IMG/VR virus record: IMGVR_UViG_3300037484_000997
Coordinates: 1 to 32,265 of that record
Direction: 5' to 3' (one strand)
Origin: a virus
Lineage: Duplodnaviria; Caudoviricetes
DNA: 32,265 nt
The notes under the pieces are model-generated. The model was not told the origin of the DNA and did no database searches. It worked only from the letters and a program-made list of their open reading frames with translations. Below are positions 8,892 through 16,382 of this stretch, piece after piece. The position numbers and the translations under genes are program-made. Every line of letters begins with the position of its first letter. The first letter of the stretch is position 1.

Positions 8892-9245
8892 CTACCATCC
8901 CAGCGATTGCCCGGCGTTCTCGACCGCCCGGCAAGCTGCTTCGTCTGTGAGTCCGTCATCATGCGCGCTGTCCACGCCGGGAATGTTGGTGCTGGCCATG
9001 AGCGCATCGAGCGCGCGCCCATGCTCCGGCGTGCCGGGTCGGGTGCGGGCGAAGGCGCGGAAGCGGAGCATGTATTCGTGCCGCGTCCGCTCGTGGTTGC
9101 ACTCGTCGGCGGTCGGCGCGTAGATCGTGGCGCCGTCTGAGGCTGTGCAGGTGAAAAGATCGGTGTCGAGGTCGAGTGTCGGTTCTTCGCTTGCGATGCG
9201 CCAATCGAGGCGCGTTGCGACTTGCGACTTGTTACTTGTCAACAT
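8892..9245 (-). CDS. Hypothetical protein (117 aa)
   Basis: AAGGGAG RBS. Confidence 0.65.
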   Translation of the reverse strand: MLTSNKSQVATRLDWRIASEEPTLDLDTDLFTCTASDGATIYAPTADECNHERTRHEYMLRFRAFARTRPGTPEHGRALDALMASTNIPGVDSAHDDGLTDEAACRAVENAGQSLGW

Positions 9246-9307
9246 GAGCTATCTCCCTTCTCATTTGGTGCGCTTCGCTCCGGTTGCAGCCGGCGCGGGC
9301 GCGATGA

Positions 9308-9514
9308 TCAACTTTTGGCGGGTAATTCGCTTGGGTAGTACGCTTGCTTGTGCGTCTCCTGGTGCCCGTCTTCCCATGTGTGCGTCGCGTCCACGATGAG
9401 TTGCACACCTAGGCGGCGGTTGGTGCGGTATCCGCGCACGATGCACTTTTGCCCAAAGCGGTCCGTAAATTCTGTCCCCACTGGGTACAGTCGTTTTAGT
9501 TCGTCCTTGCCCAT
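9308..9514 (-). CDS. Hypothetical protein (68 aa, MGKDELKR...)
   Basis: Natural composition; start directly after the upstream stop. Confidence 0.6.
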   Translation of the reverse strand: MGKDELKRLYPVGTEFTDRFGQKCIVRGYRTNRRLGVQLIVDATHTWEDGHQETHKQAYYPSELPAKS

Positions 9515-9516
9515 TC

Positions 9517-9729
9517 CTACCCCCACACACACAAAGTATCCGGCTCGTGCCCCACGCCCCCGCGCGCGCCGTTGCTGGCCAGCCGCCAACAAGCGGGGCA
9601 AACCTCGCGCGGATCGAGCAGGCGCGCCAGCTCCTGCGCGGCCTGGTGGAGATCCCGCCCCGTCAGGGCCGACACGGGCGACGCGGAGAGCAACGCAAGT
9701 GAGATTTGAACGCAAGGATCGCTGACCAT
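9517..9729 (-). CDS. Hypothetical CxxC protein (70 aa)
   Basis: GAGGT RBS; CPAC motif. Confidence 0.55.
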   Translation of the reverse strand: MVSDPCVQISLALLSASPVSALTGRDLHQAAQELARLLDPREVCPACWRLASNGARGGVGHEPDTLCVWG

Positions 9730-9935
9730 TGCAACCTACCTCTTACTTTCTCCGCTCCTCAAGCCGCGGAGAACAATCAGGCCACACACAGCACAACGGG
9801 GCGAGGAGTGGGAGGGGCGGCGGGCCGAATGCCGACCAACACGGCCAGTGGATCGGCGCTCTCGAAGTCCAAGCGCCTGCCCGCTGCCCCTCCCCGACGA
9901 ACCCCGCACCGCACCACCACACACGGCAACCCCCA

Positions 9936-10220
9936 CTAGAACAAGCGCGCCTGCACCGGCGCAGCGGCCACCGGCGCAACCGAACGGCCCGACGCGGCCA
10001 CAACCCGGAGCGCCGCCGCACGGCGCGCCGACAGGAACGGCGCGCGGCCAGCAGCGGCGCGGGCCAGCAGAGCGCGGGCCAGGCCGGGCCGGACACGGGC
10101 AAGGGCAGCCGCGTGCACGGCGCAGCCGGAGCACGCCGACGCGACAGGCCGCCCGGCAGCGAGGACCGCCGCCAGGGCAGCACAACGAGCGCAGGGACCG
10201 GAGACGGACCCACCAGCCAT
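9936..10220 (-). CDS. Adenine-depleted ORF 2 (94 aa; CxxC...CxxCxxH; ends QARLF)
   Basis: ATG overlaps the TAA of ORF 1 (TAATG); the only A's are in ATG, one His, one Gln and TAG. Confidence 0.6.
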   Translation of the reverse strand: MAGGSVSGPCARCAALAAVLAAGRPVASACSGCAVHAAALARVRPGLARALLARAAAGRAPFLSARRAAALRVVAASGRSVAPVAAAPVQARLF

Positions 10221-10543
10221 TAGCCCATCCACCCGACGCAGACGCGCCCAGCCCAGCGGCCACCGACGCGGCCAAACCAGGAGGCCAAGCCGACCGCGGA
10301 AAACGCAGGCGACAGAACGACAAGCCCGAACGCGAGCCCACCACCGGAGGCGGGGAAGCGGACGAACCCAGCGCGCAGGCCCAGCCACCGGGCCAAGCGC
10401 CGAGCCGCAGCCAGCGCCGCGAAGCGGCCACGGCCACCGCAAGGCACGCCGCAGAACAAAACGCCGCGCGCGGCAGGCCGCACGGACAGGCCGACCGAAC
10501 CAAGACCACGAACCGCAGACCAGAACGAAACGAAAGCAGACAC
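10220..10543 (-). CDS. Adenine-depleted ORF 1 (107 aa, GTG start, VSAFVSFWSAVRG...)
   Basis: A-free GGGGG SD-like sequence before GTG; downstream of a spaced sigma70-type promoter; TAA coupled to the next ATG. Confidence 0.55.
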   Translation of the reverse strand: MSAFVSFWSAVRGLGSVGLSVRPAARGVLFCGVPCGGRGRFAALAAARRLARWLGLRAGFVRFPASGGGLAFGLVVLSPAFSAVGLASWFGRVGGRWAGRVCVGWMG

Positions 10544-10591
10544 GGCAACCCCCAGAGAGAGCGACCGCCACCCGGCCGCCGAAGCAAGCAC

Positions 10592-10620
10592 AGTGTACCA
10601 CAGCCACGACAGAAAAGCAA
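10592..10620 (-). promoter_or_regulatory. Sigma70-type promoter for the A-depleted operon
   Basis: TTGCTT-N17-TACACT with extended TG; same -10 as the promoters at 7302 and 16282. Confidence 0.7.
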
Positions 10621-11580
10621 GAGGGAAAACACCCAAACCCGCATGAGGGAAAACACCCACGACAGAAAAGCAAGGCGGCGCGGAGGGCCGGCGCACCGCC
10701 GGGCCCGGCGAGGGCGGACCGGAGAGCGGCGCAGCCACCACCGCCGGAAACGGCGAGACACCCCAGCGCACCCGCCGCCGGAGGGCGACCCCACCCGCAG
10801 CGGCGACACCCCCCTTTAAGTAATTTCCTCTGGCTACGCGCTTGCGCATGTGCTGCGCGTGCGGGGCGATGCGTGCGCGTAGCCTCTTGCTGGAGAGAAG
10901 ATTGCTGCCCCGGGGTTTTCCGAAGAGGACGGGGGGTTCGGGGGGCAGAGCGCCCCCGCCCGCTGGCGATCTTGGCCGAAGCGGGTCCGCCGCAGAAGTT
11001 GCGCGGGGGATGGGGGGACGGGGGGGGCGAGCCCCCCCAGCGGGGGGTTTCGGGGGGCAGAGCCCCCCGTTTCTCTCGATGGAATGTGTGCCACGCTGTT
11101 CTACCGCGCCTCGCAGACCGCAGGGTGTGTTCTTCGGCTCTTGCTCTGCTTCACGTCACGCCGCAAGGTTAGGATAGGCGCCCCGCTGGCCGCCTTCCCG
11201 TCGCTGGTTGGGTTGACTCGATGGGTTGGCCGTGGCTATAAACATGTTTTTGTGCGCTACGGACAATCCAGGGAGGACGAAACAAGAAATGACGCGGCGA
11301 ATAGGACGCTGGGGTGAGGTTGTGGCTTTCGGCGAACGGCTAGCCTTCATCAAGAAAAAGAGGCTTGTGTATCCTCTCTCACACATTTTTCCCCAGAAAC
11401 AATCCCGTCGGCATAGCCCGCACTTCTGGCTGTCCCCAGGATACCCTTAAGGGGTATGCCTACGGGACAAATGCCCCGGCTGCTGCAAAGGCTTGGCTAC
11501 GCGCGCTCTTGATCTATGTCCCCGGGAAGTCCACACACCTGGGAACTCCCAGGTGCATGGGGTGCGCGCGTGGCCTCTTT

Positions 11581-11750
11581 GGGGGGCGTGGGGGGGGGTG
11601 TCCCCCCAACTTGTAGCAGTGGCCCAGGGATGCATATAAAGGATTGGGGGGCTTCGGGGGGAATGTGGCCCGCTGCGACGGTAATCCGGCGCGTTCTGCG
11701 GGCCTCCCCCCGTGCGGTTGCGGTACTCCGTCAACCGCTTCGGCTCTTGC
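11581..11750. repeat. Structured G/C-run element, copy 2
   Basis: Same conserved blocks as 5714-5929. Confidence 0.8.
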
Positions 11751-12076
11751 ACTGCAAAGTGCTCTTCGGCTTTTGCTTTGAAGTTCTTGGTTTTGCGTTC
11801 CTACTCTTTGGCTCTTGGTCTTCGGCTCTTGTTCTGAAGCTTTTGCTCTTTGGCTCTTGTTCTGACGTCCTTGGTGTTGGCTATGCGCGTTCTTGTGGCG
11901 CATAGCCTCTTTGCGGTAGCAGTGTTCTTCGGCTCTTGTTCTGCTTGGAGGCGCGCTGTGGACGGAAACAAACCGCGCCCCGGCCGCTGCAACAGCCGGG
12001 GCGCTCACTGCGTCGCCGGGTGGGAGATAGCTTTACCCCGTAGGCATAGCCCTAAGATTTGGCTATGCCAACGGGG

Positions 12077-12295
12077 TTACCCGACGACGCCACTCTCCTG
12101 GATGATCCGCCTGACACCCTTGCCAAGCTTCCCTTCACCGTATGCGGCCAGCTTCGGCCCCCATTCCTTCGGCAGCCGCACGTCGTAGCGCTCCATAGCT
12201 TCGGAGCTTTCCTTCTTCGGTCGGCCCATGCGCTTGCCCTTGCCGGCCGTGCGGCGTCCGCCCCAGTTCTCATGCGTGTCTTTCTTGGCTGTCAT
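12077..12295 (-). CDS. Small DNA-binding protein (72 aa; WGGxR...GRPK AT-hook-like segment plus RHH-like segment)
   Basis: GGAGG RBS; own near-consensus promoter. Confidence 0.7.
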   Translation of the reverse strand: MTAKKDTHENWGGRRTAGKGKRMGRPKKESSEAMERYDVRLPKEWGPKLAAYGEGKLGKGVRRIIQESGVVG

Positions 12296-12317
12296 GGTAT
12301 GCCTCCATCCGACTTGG

Positions 12318-12346
12318 ATTATAGCACACGCGCACACGAAAGTCAA
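12318..12346 (-). promoter_or_regulatory. Near-consensus sigma70 promoter
   Basis: TTGACT-N17-TATAAT with extended TG. Confidence 0.85.
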
Positions 12347-12534
12347 GAGGCAATTTGAGACAAGCGCAAGCATTTCTTGCATATGCGGCGGCCAAGACCG
12401 AAGGGCGCGTTGATCGAGCGATTGAAGCGGTGCTTTGCTCCACACATGGCCTGCATGGTCATTTCTCCCGAAGGCGTAAAGCGCATCACGTGCATTACCC
12501 TGCGCTTTTTGCCTGCTTCCCAGATGTATCTCAT
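12343..12534 (-). CDS. Small Zn-binding protein (H...C...CxxC)
   Basis: ATGA coupling; CKKC motif. Confidence 0.6.
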   Translation of the reverse strand: MRYIWEAGKKRRVMHVMRFTPSGEMTMQAMCGAKHRFNRSINAPFGLGRRICKKCLRLSQIAS

Positions 12535-12728
12535 GGCGCTTTCCGCTTCTCCGCGCACGTCCCGCACACCTCGCCCTGCATCTCTTCAAACAACGTCAGC
12601 AACCCGCATTTCTGGCACACCTTCACGCCCGGCAGTGCCAGAATCGCCGTCTGTTCCTGGCTCTTGCTGTTGCCCATGCGGACCACCCCGCCCGCTTTCT
12701 GGTAGTACCACTTGGCCGAGTTGAGCAT
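12531..12728 (-). CDS. Small Zn-ribbon protein (CQKC...CGTC)
   Basis: GGAG RBS before ATG 12728; overlaps the 3' part of 12586..12957. Confidence 0.55.
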   Translation of the reverse strand: MLNSAKWYYQKAGGVVRMGNSKSQEQTAILALPGVKVCQKCGLLTLFEEMQGEVCGTCAEKRKAP

Positions 12729-12957
12729 GCCGATGGCGTCTCTCAACGTTATTGTGGTACGCGGCGAGTCGGGCCGCGCCCCCTGGGACTGTTTCACGTT
12801 TGCCGCCTGGGGCGGACTTCCTTTGCTTGCCACGTCCACACCTCCATATCCAGTAATCGCCCCGGTTTGTCATCTCCGTGCGCCAGCCGGGGCGCGCTGT
12901 GGGTTCTGGTACACTGTCGGCCAGTGTACCAGAATCGGTAATGTCTGTGTCGGTCAA
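12586..12957 (-). CDS. Hypothetical protein (Trp-rich core WRTE...YWIWR)
   Basis: TTG start; fills the gap after the membrane-protein gene. Confidence 0.45.
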   Translation of the reverse strand: MTDTDITDSGTLADSVPEPTARPGWRTEMTNRGDYWIWRCGRGKQRKSAPGGKRETVPGGAARLAAYHNNVERRHRHAQLGQVVLPESGRGGPHGQQQEPGTDGDSGTAGREGVPEMRVADVV

Positions 12958-12992
12958 TCTGCCCGCGTCTATGGGCGTTTCACGAAACGCCC

Positions 12993-14279
12993 CTACCTGC
13001 GCGGGCGGGTCACTTTTCCCCCCGATTGCTCGATGAGGGCGACGGCTTGGGCTAGGGCGTCGTCTTGGTCTCTCTGTTTCATTTGGGCGATGGCTTGCAC
13101 CAGTTCGTCGCTTATGACGGTGGAGTCTGGTACGGGTGCGTCTTTCTGGTACGTCGCCGTGCCGTTCCCGTTCTTGTTGGGAGTCGGCTTCTTGCCTTGG
13201 AGTGCCGCAATGATCTCGTCAATTTGCTTGCGCGTGTTGCCTGACGTTGGCCGCCTGAATGCTGCCATCATCTGCCCGGCCTTGAGCGCGGCTTCTGCGT
13301 CGGCGATGTCGGCGGCCCGCTCGGGCGCTTGGGCCATGAGGGCGCGGGCTTTCTGGTGAGTCAGTTCGTGGCTGAATGCCCGCTCTGCATCGCGTCCCTC
13401 TTGGTCGGGGTCCGTGATTTCTGTCGCTATGGCTCCGGCTATGTTCACGACGATGACAAAGCCGATCACCCACACGGCCACAAGGCCGATGGTGTCCCTT
13501 GTCTTGGGGTCGAAGTTCAACATCATGTCGCCCAGGATCCCGGCGGCGACTCCCACCAGGTCAACGATCACCATGATGAAGCCGAGGACTCGTTGCTTGC
13601 CTGGCGCGCTGGCGCGGGTCGTCCAGAACAGCCAGCACAGCAGGCCGAAATCCAAGGCGAATAACCCGAAAAATCCCATGATCTGCTGACCTTCGGGCAA
13701 GGTCTGCGAGAGTATGTTGTAGTTGCAGGTGATACTGAAGATGACCAACGCGATGGTCATAATCCACACAAGTATAGAGGTTCCTGACTTCATTTCGTTT
13801 TCTCCTATTGCTTGCCCCTGGGTTTGTTCAGGGTTCGGCTGCTTCAAGTGCCAGAATGTGACGGCTGCCAGGCCTACGGCGGGTAACGCCGCGATCACAA
13901 GCGGCGGCGCGCGCTCGATGCCCAAGTGTACCAGAAAGTCTATGACCGCCACGGCGAGCATCACGGCCCATGTGCCAGAATCCGACTTCAGTACCAGAAG
14001 CGTCGCGGGCGTGATGATGACGGCGGCAAGTGCCAGCATCGCGGCCGGCAGGTCGTTCCCGTAGCGGTCGAGCACCGTCATGAACAGCGTGACGGACCCG
14101 TACCCCGCCGCGACGACGGTCCCAGCCAGGGCGGCCGGGCGCGCCAGAATGAAAAGCGCTTGGATTGCCCGCGTCGCGAGGATGGCGAGTACCAGAAACA
14201 GCGCCAGGAGCGCCGTCATCATGGCGCGGATGGCGTTGGCGAGGGCTTCTTGCAGTTCGGCAAGTTGGTCGTCACTCAT
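12993..14279 (-). CDS. Multi-pass membrane protein with a possible internal in-frame start at 13793 (MKSGTSIL)
   Basis: About 9 hydrophobic segments then a helical tail; internal AGGAG RBS. Confidence 0.75.
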   Translation of the reverse strand: MSDDQLAELQEALANAIRAMMTALLALFLVLAILATRAIQALFILARPAALAGTVVAAGYGSVTLFMTVLDRYGNDLPAAMLALAAVIITPATLLVLKSDSGTWAVMLAVAVIDFLVHLGIERAPPLVIAALPAVGLAAVTFWHLKQPNPEQTQGQAIGENEMKSGTSILVWIMTIALVIFSITCNYNILSQTLPEGQQIMGFFGLFALDFGLLCWLFWTTRASAPGKQRVLGFIMVIVDLVGVAAGILGDMMLNFDPKTRDTIGLVAVWVIGFVIVVNIAGAIATEITDPDQEGRDAERAFSHELTHQKARALMAQAPERAADIADAEAALKAGQMMAAFRRPTSGNTRKQIDEIIAALQGKKPTPNKNGNGTATYQKDAPVPDSTVISDELVQAIAQMKQRDQDDALAQAVALIEQSGGKVTRPRR

Positions 14280-14524
14280 TGGACGATACGCATGTTGTGA
14301 AATAGGTGGCTGGCGTTCTTGCGCTTTGCCAGTTCCTTGCGTACCGCTGCGCTGTCACCCAGGCATTTGATGATTGCGTAGCCGCCGACATAGTGCCAGT
14401 CAATGCGCTGTTTGGTTTTCTTTGCTACTTGTCTGACCAGTGATTCAACTGCTCGTGGCTTTAGGTTGCCTATGGTGGCGACGTGTGTACCGAGCATGTA
14501 AATTGCTGGGTTACAGTTCTTCAT
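14276..14524 (-). CDS. Hypothetical protein (82 aa)
   Basis: AAGGAG RBS; ATGA coupling. Confidence 0.65.
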   Translation of the reverse strand: MKNCNPAIYMLGTHVATIGNLKPRAVESLVRQVAKKTKQRIDWHYVGGYAIIKCLGDSAAVRKELAKRKNASHLFHNMRIVQ

Positions 14525-14757
14525 GGCTGTTTCTCCTTCGCTTTTCTGGGCGTGTGTGCCCAATCAAACGGCAGTCCGACCTTCCAGCGGCGACACAGGC
14601 GTTCTATCGCTTTGAGGATCGCCCCCCGTTGCGGGTTGCCGGGCGATATCTCGGCGGCGGCGGCCTGGGCCATGGCCGCGATTTCGCGCCGCACCTTGGG
14701 GGGCCATGGCGGCTTTTCCTTGGGCGGCTTGAGCGTGCGGGCAGATTTGTGCGTCAT
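14521..14757 (-). CDS. Hypothetical protein (78 aa)
   Basis: ATGA coupling on both sides. Confidence 0.6.
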   Translation of the reverse strand: MTHKSARTLKPPKEKPPWPPKVRREIAAMAQAAAAEISPGNPQRGAILKAIERLCRRWKVGLPFDWAHTPRKAKEKQP

Positions 14758-14927
14758 TTCGCCTTGCCTTTCTTGGGTTGTGTCTTTGGCTGCTTGTCGC
14801 GTTTCCACTTGCAGGCGCGCAAGTCGAGGCGCTCGCTTCTCTCACATCGTTTGCATGCGCGCCAGAGTGAATGGATGTATACCCACTTGTGCCAACCGGA
14901 TTTGCAGAGTGCTCTTGTAGTTATCAC
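14754..14927 (-). CDS. Small Zn-finger protein (LCxxGWHKW...CKRC)
   Basis: Pattern common in prophage microproteins; GTGA overlap. Confidence 0.6.
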   Translation of the reverse strand: MITTRALCKSGWHKWVYIHSLWRACKRCERSERLDLRACKWKRDKQPKTQPKKGKAK

Positions 14928-15508
14928 CCTGCCTCCCTCTCTGCCATGAACTTGACTACCAACCGGCACGCCTCCGCGTCGGCGGCGGCCCGGTGCAGCG
15001 TGTTCGGCAGCGGGATGTTGCACAGCCGCATCGCTGCGCCCAACGATTTCCAGCGGTACCCGCCGGGCGGGAGTGCGTTTTTCTCGCCGTTGAACTGGGC
15101 AAACAGGTGCATGGCACAGCCGAACATCGCGCGCGGCCAGAGTGCGACGACGCCCGCGGCGTGGCCGGAGTGTTGGAGAATGCGGAGGTCGAACTGTGCG
15201 TTGTAGGTGATGACGATGTCGGCTCCAGTCAGGACGTGTAGGAGCTTGGGGCCGATCACGTCAAAGCCGCACGCGTCTGCAATCATCGCTTGGTCAATGC
15301 CGTGCACTTGGGTGGCGCTGGCGGGGATCGCGATGGTGGGCTTGACGAGTGCGCTGAATTGCACGAGTCCTTGCTTGTCCACGGCGACGATCTCGACGGC
15401 CTGGGCCCACGGTTCGAGGCCCGTCGTCTCGGTATCCAGGAACAAGGCGCGCTGGCTCATCCAGGCGCGGGCGGTCAGGATGCTGGCGTTGCGGTCTTGG
15501 GTGTTCAT
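14924..15508 (-). CDS. DEDDh 3'-5' exonuclease (DnaQ-like)
   Basis: ExoI FLDTETTG, ExoII YNAQFD, ExoIII HRAAADA. Confidence 0.93.
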   Translation of the reverse strand: MNTQDRNASILTARAWMSQRALFLDTETTGLEPWAQAVEIVAVDKQGLVQFSALVKPTIAIPASATQVHGIDQAMIADACGFDVIGPKLLHVLTGADIVITYNAQFDLRILQHSGHAAGVVALWPRAMFGCAMHLFAQFNGEKNALPPGGYRWKSLGAAMRLCNIPLPNTLHRAAADAEACRLVVKFMAEREAG

Positions 15509-15774
15509 CCCTTCGCCTCCTTTTTCATCTTCTTGAGTCGCCCCTTGTAGGCGGCGACCTGCCGGCTCTTGGTCTTGACTTGTTCGCGCGCTGCCTCCAA
15601 CTCTCTCTTGTAGTAGTCGCGCTCCTGGATCAGTACCCGGTAGTCCTGCGCGATGAGCTCAAGCGCATCGGCTATGCGCTGGAGCGCGCCGGTGTTTATT
15701 TGCTCTACCGTGGGTGGCGTGGTTACTGTCCATTTGCCCTTTGACGCTTCACGGAGTTGTACTTGCTCGTTCAT
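15505..15774 (-). CDS. Coiled-coil hypothetical protein (89 aa)
   Basis: Operon packing; heptad-rich C-terminus. Confidence 0.65.
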   Translation of the reverse strand: MNEQVQLREASKGKWTVTTPPTVEQINTGALQRIADALELIAQDYRVLIQERDYYKRELEAAREQVKTKSRQVAAYKGRLKKMKKEAKG

Positions 15775-16256
15775 TCCCTCACTTCCCTCGTGTCAATCGT
15801 GAGTACCAGCCCGGTCGCTCTGTTGAATCGTGCCAACACGCGCTTACCAAGCTCGGTCTCGAACAAGTCGCGGGCGATGGTCAAACGACAGGACGGGTGG
15901 GCTTCCCCGTACAATGCAAGCTGCTCCAGGATGACAAGCAACTCGCACGCTGTGGCGGATGCCTTCTCATTGAGGCTGTACGGTGCGTTCTGTGGTTGGC
16001 TCATATCCTTTTCCTTTCTTCCTTTCTTTTTCCGATGCTCCCGCGCGTGCGGGCAGTCGGCGAAGTGGGTCATCGCCCAGCGGTGGCCGCTGGGGTCGGT
16101 CCGGATGGTGACGACCGAGAGCGGGATCAGGTTGCCGCTGCCGGTCTCGGTCCAGATGATGGGCTGGCCGCACGATTTGCAGAAGGCGGGTGGATTGTCC
16201 GGCACGGCGTACTCGCCTTTGCGCGGGCCGATGCTGGTGTCGGTGGGTTGCTCCAT
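15771..16256 (-). CDS. Zn-finger protein (CKSC...HFADC) with C-terminal extension or internal start
   Basis: GGGAG RBS before ATG 16256; second SD-like sequence before MSQPQN. Confidence 0.65.
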   Translation of the reverse strand: MEQPTDTSIGPRKGEYAVPDNPPAFCKSCGQPIIWTETGSGNLIPLSVVTIRTDPSGHRWAMTHFADCPHAREHRKKKGRKEKDMSQPQNAPYSLNEKASATACELLVILEQLALYGEAHPSCRLTIARDLFETELGKRVLARFNRATGLVLTIDTREVRE

Positions 16257-16257
16257 C

Positions 16258-16287
16258 TTGACATGCTCCCTTCTGTTATGGTACACT
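16258..16287 (+). promoter_or_regulatory. Counter-oriented sigma70 promoter
   Basis: TTGACA-N18-TACACT with extended TG. Confidence 0.65.
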
Positions 16288-16293
16288 GGAATG

Positions 16294-16372
16294 CAAAGGA
16301 CGCTGTGTTTCACAGCCGCACGTCCTCTGTTTTCTCCCGCTGCCGCCCCTCTGCCAGGATGGGGCGGTTTGC
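16294..16372 (+). ncRNA. Candidate ~80-nt small RNA
   Basis: Promoter, then hairpin AGGACG...CGTCCT, then CCGCCCC/GGGGCGG-TTT terminator-like stem. Confidence 0.4.
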
Positions 16373-16382
16373 GTTCTGCTGG

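Larger units (their letters stand above)
9892..10814. other. Extreme strand-composition tract: 9 T in 923 nt on the plus strand (adenine-depleted minus strand)
   Basis: Counted by eye: T only at 9937, 9952, 10114, 10220, 10221, 10228, 10594, 10596 and 10644; 365-nt T-free run at 10229-10593. Confidence 0.95.

Noticed and set aside
9729-10819. Long plus-strand ORFs (9848..10819, 9729..10223) and the minus-strand ORF 9736..10809
   Set aside because: Stop codons cannot occur without T (plus) or A (minus), so every frame is open. Only the frames supported by promoter, SD and the TAATG coupling were kept.
11738-11946. CRISPR-like mini-array of TTCGGCTCTTG
   Set aside because: Units are short, degenerate and unevenly spaced
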